Of a stretch of 24,000 bases of DNA, positions 1 to 9,486 are shown piece after piece. Positions within the stretch are counted from its first letter, which is position 1. Every line of letters begins with the position of its first letter. The notes beneath the pieces are model-generated. The model was not told where the DNA came from. It saw nothing but the letters and a program-made list of their open reading frames with translations, and searched no databases. The position numbers and the translations under genes were made by a program. The DNA comes from an uncultured Alloscardovia sp. (GTDB lineage: Bacteria; Actinomycetota; Actinomycetes; Actinomycetales; Bifidobacteriaceae), in assembly GCA_963543015.1 (NCBI GenBank), contig CAUTYZ010000003.1:8112-32111 (forward strand), written 5' to 3'.

Positions 1-1190
1 ACTGTTTCTGGCATTTTTCCAGCGCCCACTCCAGCCCATACGGGATGGTGACCTTGATACCACTGGCCAGGCGCATTCCACAGTACATCTCCTGGTTTGC
101 TCAAGAAGGACAACGCCTGACTTGATGGAAGCTTAATACGTGACACTTCACGACCGGTACGCTCATCAGCATCTGGGCCTAAACGTACAGCCACTTTATG
201 GGCAGGGCGAAGAGTCGAACCGTCGATAACTCCTACTGCAAGTTTCTGAGAGTCTTTATCCCAGTACACGTGAGCAGCATCAACGTGGGTACGGAAAAGA
301 AGTTCTTTACCAGTAACAGGATCGAGTGGATGATTCTCCGGAGCTTTCTGGCTTGGAGTATCGCCTGTAAATGACTGAGAATTCTCGGAATTATGAGTAT
401 CCGATGACGAATGTGAGCTGTCGGAACTGTCCGAATCCGCCGGTCCGGGCTCATCACCTGCCGAGGAAGATGAAGATGAGGAAGACGACGAGCTCGACGA
501 ATTCGCAGCCGAATTCGAGGATGAATTCGAGGATGAACTCGATGCTCCCGATTGCGCTCCACCTCCAACTTTCACGTGATAGGTATAGTTCTTCGCATTG
601 GAATACACACCCTGATCACTTTCAGCAACAGAGCGTACGGAAAATGTGTAATCTCCTGGCTTCGTAAAGACCCACGTCATGGAACGCTTCTGCTGCCCCT
701 CTTGGACAAGCCACGAACCCGTAGAGCTTATTTCATAGCCTTCATCATCGTCGAGCAACGACTCAGCAGAATTATTCTTATGCGCATACATATACACGCG
801 AGAGTCAGCAGGACCCGAGAAAGAGAGCTTCAGCATATTTTTTGCATACTGGCTCGATGTGGTATCCCACTGGAGATCAAGACCGGACGCTGAAGAATCA
901 TACCCTTCAGGTATATCCTCATTGTCTTGATGATTCGTTGTTTTGCTTGATTCAGCGACACGAATCAAAGCAGCCTCAGGCGAGTAGGATGATTGTTCAT
1001 CTGCTACGTCTAAGGTGTATGAAGCATCCTCAGCAATATCGCGAGGACTTGTTGAATTAAAAACGCGGACTGTGCCTGATTGGATGACATGTGGCGAATT
1101 ATCGGAAACGCTTGCTGATGCAGGCTGCCCTGTCAGTGCGAGCGCGCATGCAGTAACAAACGCGCAGCTTATTGCCACGAAACGATTCAT
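1..1190 (-). CDS. Secreted surface protein, N-terminal part (3' end runs off the left window edge). It has a signal peptide, a Ser-rich linker, and a domain resembling the actinobacterial surface-anchored / choice-of-anchor M repeat.
   Basis: My own translation of the minus strand from the ATG at 1190 stays open to position 1. It is missing from the ORF track because no stop falls inside the window. The N-terminus MNRFVAISCAFVTACALALTGQPASA|SV looks like a Sec signal peptide, and AGGA lies 5 nt upstream of the ATG. An alternative in-frame ATG sits at 1229. The distal part (THVDAAHVYWD...GDVLWNAPGQWYQGHHPVWAGVG) recalls the TIGR03769-type repeat; this is from memory and unverified. Confidence 0.75.
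   Translation of the reverse strand, partial: MNRFVAISCAFVTACALALTGQPASASVSDNSPHVIQSGTVRVFNSTSPRDIAEDASYTLDVADEQSSYSPEAALIRVAESSKTTNHQDNEDIPEGYDSSASGLDLQWDTTSSQYAKNMLKLSFSGPADSRVYMYAHKNNSAESLLDDDEGYEISSTGSWLVQEGQQKRSMTWVFTKPGDYTFSVRSVAESDQGVYSNAKNYTYHVKVGGGAQSGASSSSSNSSSNSAANSSSSSSSSSSSSSAGDEPGPADSDSSDSSHSSSDTHNSENSQSFTGDTPSQKAPENHPLDPVTGKELLFRTHVDAAHVYWDKDSQKLAVGVIDGSTLRPAHKVAVRLGPDADERTGREVSRIKLPSSQALSFLSKPGDVLWNAPGQWYQGHHPVWAGVGAGKMPET
499..546 (-). repeat. 12-bp tandem repeat inside the surface-protein CDS. Units are GAATTCGAGGAT x2 perfect (511-534), flanked by degenerate copies (499-510, 535-546). It encodes part of a poly-Ser/Asn linker.
   Basis: Read directly from the plus strand: gaattcgcagcc gaattcgaggat gaattcgaggat gaactcgatgct. 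The minus-strand translation here is GASSSSSNSSSNSAANSSSSSSSSSSSSAGDE. Confidence 0.85.
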
Positions 1191-1254
1191 CCACGTCCTA
1201 GCTGTGGTGCTAGATGGTGCGGTGACCATAATGTACTTTCTACCGTAAATGGAA

Positions 1255-1269
1255 TTGACGTCAACGTCA
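1255..1269. promoter_or_regulatory. Perfect 10-bp palindrome TTGACGTCAA overlapping a tandem ACGTCA ACGTCA. It lies in the divergent surface-protein / sir2 intergenic region and is a candidate operator.
   Basis: The sequence ggaaTTGACGTCAACGTCAc was read directly. It lies 65 bp upstream of the 1190 start codon. No regulator can be assigned. Confidence 0.3.
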
Positions 1270-1473
1270 CTTTGAATCGTACGGGAAGAACACACACCTG
1301 TCAAGCATGAGCACGTCTCGGCGGTCAGGCTTCTCACTTCTCCTCTGTGTCGAGCATGTGCCGTCTGCTTATCCTCGTTCCTTACCATTCATCAACCGAG
1401 CGTATCGCGGTACAATATCCTCATATCATGTCTCAATCGTTGTGACAATTCTCAGGTGAATGAAGGTGTGCTG

Positions 1474-2199
1474 ATGAGTATCGCAGTTTTTACAGGTGCA
1501 GGTATTTCCACTTCTGTCGGTATTCCTGATTTTCGCGGACCCGACGGTGTCTGGACGAAACATCCTGAGCAGGCGAATGTGTACGATTACGATCTTTTTA
1601 TCCATGATCGCGCTGCCCGTGAGTATTCGTGGCGTTGGCAGAAGGAATCAGCCGTGTGGAAAGCACAGCCAGGGCCTGCACATTATGCTCTTGTGGAGTT
1701 AGAGAAAGCGGGATTGCTCAGCATTATCGCTACTCAAAATTTTGATGGATTGCATGAACGCGCGGGAAATTCTGCCGAAAAAATTACGAACTTGCACGGT
1801 ACCATTGCCACGTCGCATTGCTTGGATTGTGGAAAGAAGTATCGTACATCAGACATTATGGATGCCTTGGATGATACTCCTGACCCTCACTGCTTAGTAT
1901 GTGGAGGAATTCTTAAAACGGATGTCACCTATTTTGGAGAGCAACTTCCAGAAGGCGCGTTGGATAAAGGCGCACAGGGAATTCTCAACGCGTCTGAATT
2001 ATGGGTCGTCGGTTCAAGTCTTGAAGTATATCCCGCAGCTTCTTTGATTCCTTTTGCAGCGCGCTATGACAGAAGAATTCGCATTATTAATGCACAGCCA
2101 ACCGATATGGATGGGCTCGCAAACGATGACGATATCATTCGCGAGCCGATTGAAGAGGTTCTTCCACAGCTCGTGCGCGATGCGATACAACGCGGGTGA
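1474..2199 (+). CDS. cobB: NAD-dependent protein deacylase, Sir2 family (CobB-like)
   Basis: The ORF track gives 1456-2199. Motifs present: GAGISTSVGIPDFRGP, TQNFDGLHERAG, the Zn ribbon CLDCG...CLVCGG, and HG. The ATG at 1474 is preceded by GAAGGTG, so it is preferred over the GTG at 1456. Confidence 0.9.
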   Translation: MSIAVFTGAGISTSVGIPDFRGPDGVWTKHPEQANVYDYDLFIHDRAAREYSWRWQKESAVWKAQPGPAHYALVELEKAGLLSIIATQNFDGLHERAGNSAEKITNLHGTIATSHCLDCGKKYRTSDIMDALDDTPDPHCLVCGGILKTDVTYFGEQLPEGALDKGAQGILNASELWVVGSSLEVYPAASLIPFAARYDRRIRIINAQPTDMDGLANDDDIIREPIEEVLPQLVRDAIQRG

Positions 2200-2237
2200 C
2201 ACGAGCCGAGCTAAGTTCGATTCCTCACTAAGTCTGA

Positions 2238-3548
2238 TTAATAGACGCGGTTAATGCGGAATCCCTTTGCTTGCAGAGCATCCAAAACTTGCTGGATATG
2301 CTCAGGGCCGTTGGTTTCTACAGTCACTTCGAGCAGCACAGTATTCGTGTAATGCGACTGTGCCTTGAACTGGTCATGGTTCAGCTCGATAACGTTTGCG
2401 CGCAAGTCAGCAAGAATTTGTGCAATTAACGCCAACTGACCTGGCGTATCTGGAAGCTCGACACCAAACTGCATAATGCGACCGCGTGTGATCATACCGC
2501 GCTGGATAACTGCACCCATAGTAACGGTGTCAATATTTCCGCCCGAGAGAATAGATACGATGACGCGATTTTTCATAGGAGGAACGCCCAAAAGCTGAGC
2601 TTCATCGCCGTCATTTTCCAAAGAACTGACCGAGCGAACCTTATCCAGCTCGTTCAGCGCAGCCAGCGAAACAGCTCCTGCTGCCTCAACGACGAGCTTA
2701 TGCTTTTCGAGCATGAGCAGAATCATCTCCGCAATATCACGTTCGGTAACTGTGACAAACCCATCGAGATACTGCTCCAGCAATGCGAAGGTCAAGTCAC
2801 CAGGCTGCTTGACAGCCACACCTTCTGCCGCAGTATTGACCTGAGCTGCAGGATGAACTGTATGATCGCCCGATGTGAAGGACTGCTTAAATGCTTGTGA
2901 TCCTTCTGGAGTCACACCGATTACACGGACATGAGGAGCGAAGGCTTTCACGGCCATAGCTACGCCAGCTCCCAAACCACCACCACCAAGTGGAACGAGG
3001 ATATCCGTTACCTCTGGGCAGTCCTGCAAAATTTCGAGGGCAATTGTTCCCTGTCCAGTCAGGACCTCGTAATCATTGAACGGATGAACGAAAATCAGCC
3101 CCTGCTCCTGCGACAACTTTGCAGCATGAGCACTCGACTCGTCGAATACATCTCCCACCAACGCAACCTGTGCGCCCAATGCACGCGTTGCATCGACTTT
3201 AATAGGTGGGGTGCTACGAGGCATAACAATCGTCGCCTGTGCTCCACGCTCGCGTGCTGCATATGCAACACCTTGTGCGTGGTTTCCTGCAGATGCGGTA
3301 ACAATTCCTCGATCAAGCTCGTCCTGAGTCAAAGAGGCAATTTTGTTATATGCTCCACGAAGCTTGAATGACCCTGTCTTCTGCAAATTTTCAGGCTTGA
3401 GAAGCACTCGAGCACCTGTACGCTCCGACAGAATTGGCGATTCTTCGAGCTGTGTATGACGGGCAACACTAGCGAGGCGCTCTGCTGCCGTCTCGATATC
3501 CTTCACGTGGTCGCGGTCGATATAAGCGCGCACTTCTTCCGGCGTCAT
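2238..3548 (-). CDS. ilvA: Threonine ammonia-lyase (biosynthetic threonine dehydratase, short form with one C-terminal ACT-like domain)
   Basis: PLP-lysine motif GSFKLRGA, glycine loop LGGGGLGAG, and a C-terminal regulatory domain. The start is set at Met22 of the track ORF (ATG at 3548) because GGAGG lies 8 nt upstream. Confidence 0.9.
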   Translation of the reverse strand: MTPEEVRAYIDRDHVKDIETAAERLASVARHTQLEESPILSERTGARVLLKPENLQKTGSFKLRGAYNKIASLTQDELDRGIVTASAGNHAQGVAYAARERGAQATIVMPRSTPPIKVDATRALGAQVALVGDVFDESSAHAAKLSQEQGLIFVHPFNDYEVLTGQGTIALEILQDCPEVTDILVPLGGGGLGAGVAMAVKAFAPHVRVIGVTPEGSQAFKQSFTSGDHTVHPAAQVNTAAEGVAVKQPGDLTFALLEQYLDGFVTVTERDIAEMILLMLEKHKLVVEAAGAVSLAALNELDKVRSVSSLENDGDEAQLLGVPPMKNRVIVSILSGGNIDTVTMGAVIQRGMITRGRIMQFGVELPDTPGQLALIAQILADLRANVIELNHDQFKAQSHYTNTVLLEVTVETNGPEHIQQVLDALQAKGFRINRVY

Positions 3549-3700
3549 TGGCGATACCTCCAACCTGAATGTCGTCCTCGCTAGGCACATCCGACAAGCA
3601 CCAGCTGGCACTGATGTGTCTCAGTAAGGACGATATGTGACTATCATTCTTCCTCACAGTGTAGTCGATTGGGGCATACAGACGCTGACGACGATACGTC

Positions 3701-3726
3701 AATATCCCACATTAATATCCCACATT
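3701..3726. repeat. Perfect 13-bp tandem duplication AATATCCCACATT x2 in the ilvA / ClC divergent intergenic region. A third, inverted AATATCC half-site (GGATATT) lies at 3741-3747.
   Basis: Read directly: gtcAATATCCCACATTAATATCCCACATTgcaaaaattaagccGGATATTtaa. Confidence 0.8.
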
Positions 3727-3860
3727 GCAAAAATTAAGCCGGATATTTAACCACCCATCGCTTATAAAAGCATGCTATCTCACCGTTTCGCGCGTTCTGA
3801 CATGTGTAGTATAAAGAAGAGGAAAAACACAGTCAGCACGACGAGAATCAGCAAGGTGGC

Positions 3861-5660
3861 ATGATGAAAAATTCTCGGGAACATCAACGTTCTTCGAAAG
3901 CCCGCACGCAGCACACGCATGCCTCCCGAAACCATGCTTCCCGAGTGTTTGATGCATCCGCACTTGTCGATGATGATGCTCAAGCTTTTGACCTTGAGTC
4001 AGGCAGTTCCTCACTTTCTGAGAATTCGTCAGATGCACAGATGGATCATTCGCGAGCAATGAGAGCTTCGCATTTTTCAGATTATCGAACGAATATTCAG
4101 GAAATTCTTTCCGGGTCTTCTCGCCGTCAGTGGTCTATCGCAGCACGAGGAATTGTATGCGGAATTGCTGCTGGATTGCTGGTCGTGGCATACAGGGCTG
4201 CTATCGCGTACGGAAATTCTTGGGCGGTCAGTCTTTACGCATACCTAGGAGCGCATCCGTGGTCAATTATCGCGTGGATTCTTGCCGCGATTGCTGCTGC
4301 TTGGATGATTTCCCGTCTGATTGCATGGGAGCCGATGGCGTCTGGTTCGGGAATTCCTCAAGTGGAGGGTGTGCTTCTTCTCGGTTTGAAAATGCGCTGG
4401 TGGTCAGTGCTCGTTGTCCGTTTTACTGCTGGCATTGTGTGCGGATTCTTTGGAATGAGCCTTGGACGCGAAGGCCCTTCTATTCAAATCGGAGCAGCAA
4501 GTGCTGCTGGTGTGAGCTCTCGCATGGGGCGTAATAAAGTCGAGAAGGATAATTTTGTCGCAGCAGGTGCAGCTGCTGGCTTGTCTGCAGCTTTTAGCGC
4601 GCCGTTATCCGGCATGATGTTTGCTCTTGAAGAGGTCTATAAAAGTTTTAATCCGACCGTTCTTTTCACAGCAACCACAGCCGCTCTGACTGCAGATCTC
4701 GTATCCAAGATTTTCCTTGGCTTTACGCCTGTTTTACAATTCGCGAATGTCGAGCAGCTTGATTTGCATACGTACATCTGGCTGATACCTCTTGGAATTA
4801 TCAGCGGTCTGACAGGTGCGGCAATTAACCGAATGCTTCTGGGCATGCAAACGCTCTACAATCGCATTCCAAGCATGTGGCGAATACTCATCGCACTGGG
4901 GCTTGCCCTTCCTGTAGGACTCGCATTCCCGCTGGCTCTCGGCGGTGGCGCAAACCTTATCAGTTATGCCGAACGAGCCAGTGGGCCGATTCTCATACTT
5001 GCTGCTTTGCTCGTTGTTAAGATGCTTTTTACGTCCACGAGTTTTGGAAGCGGCGTCCCGGGTGGAATTTTCCTTCCCATTTTGACTATCGGTGCGGTAG
5101 CGGGAAGTCTTTTTGCGAGAATTCTTGGACTATTTAACTTTGGAGATTTTTCGCTTTCACCTCGTTTTGTTGCAACTTTCACCGTACTTGCCATGGCTGG
5201 AGCTCTTGCCTCGTCCGTTAAAGCGCCAATTACATCCATGCTTCTGGTCATTGAAATGACAGGATCACTGGTTCATATGTTCCCTGTAGCGGCGGTGACG
5301 TTAATTGCTTTCTTAGTATCGGATATTTTGCATATTAAGCCGATTTATCATGAATTGCTTGACCGTTATCTGGCAAAAAATACCGCTGATTCTGCGCATG
5401 AAAATTCTCAGCATGACAACCAGTCAGGAATTCTGTCACTGCCTGTCGAATTAGGAAGTACGCTTATCGGACGACCGGTAGGAGCAATTGACTGGCCAGA
5501 GGATACATCCGTCATCGCTATTCGTCGCCGTGGACGCGAATTCGTTCCGCAAGAAAGCACAGTTATCCATCCTGGAGATGGTCTCGTTGTCATTTTCCGC
5601 GGACAAAATCAGCAAACTGCACGCGAGGAATTAAGCGCGCTCTGCTCGCCAGCGTATTAA
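3861..5660 (+). CDS. ClC-family voltage-gated chloride channel / Cl-:H+ antiporter homologue, with a C-terminal RCK_C (TrkA-C) domain and an N-terminal extension of about 95 aa
   Basis: ClC selectivity motifs GSGIP, GREGP and GIFLP are all present. The C-terminal ~80 aa (LPVELGSTLIGRPVGAIDWPEDTSVIAIRRRGREFVPQESTVIHPGDGLVVIFRG) looks like TrkA-C. AGGTGG lies immediately upstream of the ATG. Confidence 0.9.
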   Translation: MMKNSREHQRSSKARTQHTHASRNHASRVFDASALVDDDAQAFDLESGSSSLSENSSDAQMDHSRAMRASHFSDYRTNIQEILSGSSRRQWSIAARGIVCGIAAGLLVVAYRAAIAYGNSWAVSLYAYLGAHPWSIIAWILAAIAAAWMISRLIAWEPMASGSGIPQVEGVLLLGLKMRWWSVLVVRFTAGIVCGFFGMSLGREGPSIQIGAASAAGVSSRMGRNKVEKDNFVAAGAAAGLSAAFSAPLSGMMFALEEVYKSFNPTVLFTATTAALTADLVSKIFLGFTPVLQFANVEQLDLHTYIWLIPLGIISGLTGAAINRMLLGMQTLYNRIPSMWRILIALGLALPVGLAFPLALGGGANLISYAERASGPILILAALLVVKMLFTSTSFGSGVPGGIFLPILTIGAVAGSLFARILGLFNFGDFSLSPRFVATFTVLAMAGALASSVKAPITSMLLVIEMTGSLVHMFPVAAVTLIAFLVSDILHIKPIYHELLDRYLAKNTADSAHENSQHDNQSGILSLPVELGSTLIGRPVGAIDWPEDTSVIAIRRRGREFVPQESTVIHPGDGLVVIFRGQNQQTAREELSALCSPAY

Positions 5661-5672
5661 AATTAACGCACA

Positions 5673-6062
5673 TTACAGATGCAGCGATACAAAGAACATC
5701 AGCGCTGCCAGCATAACGAGTACAGGAATTCCCACAGCAACGAGAAGGTAGACGAAGAATTCTCCCCAATGCTTTCCTCGCGCAAGTGTAATAATTTCGT
5801 TCATTGCGGTCGAGAAGGTCGAAAATCCGCCTAAGAAACCTGTCGTAGCAAGCGCATAAATCTGTGCGTTTACATCGCGTACATACACTAATGCTGCTGC
5901 AAAAAGAATGACGGCAAGAGAATTAATAAGTAATGTTGACCATGGGAAGATCGTCGGGCTCATGCGAGAAATAGCGCGTTTAATAGACGTGTCGAGAACG
6001 AAACGAAGAACAGCTCCCAATCCTCCGCATACGCTTATGGTGATCAGAGTGACGAGATTCAC
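5673..6062 (-). CDS. crcB: Fluoride channel subunit CrcB/Fluc (second of a pair)
   Basis: 129 aa with 4 TM segments. Motifs GGLGAVLRF and GFLGGFSTFST. The GTG start overlaps the upstream crcB stop as GTGA (4-nt overlap), which suggests translational coupling. Confidence 0.9.
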   Translation of the reverse strand: MNLVTLITISVCGGLGAVLRFVLDTSIKRAISRMSPTIFPWSTLLINSLAVILFAAALVYVRDVNAQIYALATTGFLGGFSTFSTAMNEIITLARGKHWGEFFVYLLVAVGIPVLVMLAALMFFVSLHL

Positions 6063-6787
6063 GGTTCACGCCTCCTTACACCTGTATGCCTTCCAGCAGA
6101 ATGGTTCTCCGCACCTGCAGCACCGCCATGACGACCGCGCGATACGCCCGAACGTGTGGACTTCGTCAACGATTGGCCGAGAGCTGCACCCAAAAATGCG
6201 CAGAGCACGCCGAGAACGACAGAAACCACTGCATACACCCAGCCCATCTGCCCTGCAGTAATTTCCAAAGCAAGAGTGGACATAGTCGACAGCCCGCCGC
6301 AAAAGCCCATTCCCAGACCACGCGATATCAATTCACCCGCACGCTGAGCGCCTGCCGGAGCAAACTTCGCACCGATGCTACCTGCGATAAGAGCAGTTAA
6401 AAAGGCGTAAACAAAACTCGCAATAATATTCGCAGCCAAAGTTCCCCAATGGATGCTGTACAGTTCTGGCAACGAATTCATTGACTGCGACAGCGCATAC
6501 CGTGCAGCCGTTCCTAACGAACCGCCAAGAAAGACAACGATATAGAGAGCCACATCAGTAAGTGGACTACGTACAGGTTTGCCTTGAGACCTCGTCACCT
6601 GTCTATCTGCAGATGCGCACTGAGACTGCCACGGCGTATGAGCGGACTGTGCATGAGCAGACTGTGTATGGGATGAATGTGCTCGTTCTGACTGTGCTCG
6701 TTGTGAATGTGCACGTGCAGAACGCGACGACCGCGAGGACGCGGAAGTCCTCACGGATCGCTCTCTACCTTGACTATGTTTTGCCAT
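6059..6787 (-). CDS. crcB: Fluoride channel subunit CrcB/Fluc (first of a pair), with an N-terminal His/Ser/Ala/Gln/Arg-rich extension of about 85 aa
   Basis: The core carries GGSLGTAARY and GFCGGLSTMST. The start is uncertain: the track uses the ATG at 6787, but an internal GTG (VTRSQGKPVRSPLTDVALY...) would give a CrcB of canonical length. Confidence 0.8.
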   Translation of the reverse strand: MAKHSQGRERSVRTSASSRSSRSARAHSQRAQSERAHSSHTQSAHAQSAHTPWQSQCASADRQVTRSQGKPVRSPLTDVALYIVVFLGGSLGTAARYALSQSMNSLPELYSIHWGTLAANIIASFVYAFLTALIAGSIGAKFAPAGAQRAGELISRGLGMGFCGGLSTMSTLALEITAGQMGWVYAVVSVVLGVLCAFLGAALGQSLTKSTRSGVSRGRHGGAAGAENHSAGRHTGVRRREP

Positions 6788-6892
6788 ATTGCTGCCCTGC
6801 TAGATTCCTACGCGCGTTCACGACTGACACGACTGAATTCTCGTCAATTCTCTTTCAAGAAGAAAAGAAACTTTCGCGAGAATTCGAAAAAT

Positions 6893-8227
<1,335 letters not shown>

Positions 8228-8240
8228 TTACATTAAGACA

Positions 8241-8275
8241 ATACCGTGAACGCTCTACGAAAACGCTCACGGTAT
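8241..8275 (-). terminator. Hairpin downstream of fba (9-bp perfect stem ATACCGTGA / TCACGGTAT). Possible terminator.
   Basis: The inverted repeat was read directly. The U-tract on the minus strand is weak (tgtcttaatgtaattctttt). Confidence 0.4.
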
Positions 8276-8301
8276 CGATATCGTTATGGAGTTAAATCGT
8301 T

Positions 8302-9357
8302 TTATTTCAGGGCTTTGCCCGCGGAACCAAGCTGTACACACGCTTCCACAACGCGTTGTGCCATCGAGTCCTCAGCCTCACGACCCCATGAGCGTGGATC
8401 GTACTCGCCCTTATCGCCCACTTCTCCGTCCACTTTGAGGACCTTGTCATAATTGACCATCATATGTCCGGCAATTGCACGAGTAAACGCATACTGAGTA
8501 TCGGTATCGATGTTCATCTTAATAACGCCGTGGCTTACTGCTTCTGCAATTTCTTCAGGACGAGATCCAGAACCACCGTGGAAGACCAGATAGAATGGCT
8601 TATCTCCGTGAGCCCCTGGCAGTGTACTGAATGCTTGCGCCGTTTCCGTTTGGATTTCGCCGAGCAATTCCGGACGAAGCTTGACTACGCCTGGCTTATA
8701 CGCACCGTGAACATTTCCAAAAGTAAATGCTGCCATATAGCGCGCATTGCCTTGTGCATCCGTGCTCAGCCCTAGTGACTGAGCTACCTGAGCTGCATCA
8801 TCAGGAGTAGAGTACAATTTTTCGTTAATTTCTGCACGATGACCATCTTCTTCACCACCGACAGCACCAATTTCGATTTCCAAAACGGTGTGCGCGTGAG
8901 CTGACTTCTCGAGTAAGCGTTCAGCAATCTCGATATTGTGGCTGAGAGGCACAGTCGAACCGTCCCACATATGAGACTGGAACATTGGCTCATGGCCGTG
9001 CTCTACTTCATCAATTTCCATATCCAGCAATGGATCAACCCATTCACCCAGATACTGCTCAGCACAATGATCCGTATGGAATGCGACGGTAATGTTCGGA
9101 TACTTGCGTGCGACTTCATGTGCATATGCTGCAAAAGCACGAGAACCCACCACGCGGTCTTTGAGCTTTTGACCGCTCAAATATGCAGCGGAGCCAACGG
9201 ATACCTGGATAATTCCATCAGATTCTGCCTCAGCAAAACCTTGGAGAGCAGCGTTCAATGTCTGCGAGCTGGTCACATTGATTGCTGGGTAAGCATAGCC
9301 GCCGTCGCGTGCTGCAGAGAGCATGGCGGAGTAACGTTCTGGTGTTGCAACTGTCAT
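8302..9357 (-). CDS. fba: Fructose-bisphosphate aldolase, class II
   Basis: Motifs HTDHC, FHGGSG, and a class II aldolase fold signature throughout. The start is set at the internal ATG at 9357 (MTVATPERYSAML...). The 31 upstream codons of the track ORF look non-coding. Confidence 0.9.
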   Translation of the reverse strand: MTVATPERYSAMLSAARDGGYAYPAINVTSSQTLNAALQGFAEAESDGIIQVSVGSAAYLSGQKLKDRVVGSRAFAAYAHEVARKYPNITVAFHTDHCAEQYLGEWVDPLLDMEIDEVEHGHEPMFQSHMWDGSTVPLSHNIEIAERLLEKSAHAHTVLEIEIGAVGGEEDGHRAEINEKLYSTPDDAAQVAQSLGLSTDAQGNARYMAAFTFGNVHGAYKPGVVKLRPELLGEIQTETAQAFSTLPGAHGDKPFYLVFHGGSGSRPEEIAEAVSHGVIKMNIDTDTQYAFTRAIAGHMMVNYDKVLKVDGEVGDKGEYDPRSWGREAEDSMAQRVVEACVQLGSAGKALK

Positions 9358-9486
9358 ACTTTTAATGTACTTGGCAATGCGTACAGCGTGGGGACATGTC
9401 GCTGGGCTGTCTACTCTTGCTTTATCCCCCGAGCTGTGCGAGCTATGCAATCTGTGTGAGATGTTCTTCTATCGTGTGCCAGCCAG

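Noticed and set aside
233-1248. Six short ORFs in the track (233-568, 371-667, 552-893, 842-1060, 1015-1248) that might suggest a cluster of small genes
   Set aside because: One minus-strand frame is open across the whole of 1-1190 and encodes a coherent signal-peptide-bearing protein. The track ORFs are alternative-frame artefacts within it. 233-568 is an out-of-frame minus-strand ORF within it.
1307-1459. 50-codon ORF (MSTSRRSGFSLLLCVEHV...) in the sir2 leader
   Set aside because: No SD, no recognisable features, and it spans the likely sir2 promoter (TACAAT at about 1403). Probably fortuitous.
1474-2199. Sir2 domain as a possible anti-phage effector (Thoeris, DSR or pAgo-associated)
   Set aside because: It is a stand-alone protein of about 240 aa with the full deacetylase motif set and Zn ribbon. 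It has no fused sensor domain and no partner genes. The canonical CobB-type housekeeping sirtuin is the better explanation.
3549-3611. N-terminal extensions of track ORFs (ilvA 3549-3611, fba 9358-9450, htpX 15071-15103, reductase 20958-20993, TetR 22803-22934, sir2 1456-1473)
   Set aside because: In each case an internal ATG with a good Shine-Dalgarno sequence gives the canonical family N-terminus. The extra codons look like non-coding leader, or overlap the upstream gene.
3612-3860. Fluoride (crcB-motif) riboswitch upstream of the ClC gene, and likewise at 6788-6892 upstream of crcB1
   Set aside because: I looked for the conserved GGCGATG...AACYGCC...CTGATGAT..CCTAC core on the relevant strands and found nothing resembling it. 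This is a by-eye search only; a covariance-model scan would be decisive.
6835-6885. GAATTCTCG ... CGAGAATTC 9-bp inverted repeat between purA and crcB1, considered as a riboswitch or regulatory RNA
   Set aside because: The loop is 33 nt, there is no U-tract and no resemblance to a known RNA family. Most simply it is a weak purA 3' stem-loop, with too little support to call it a feature.
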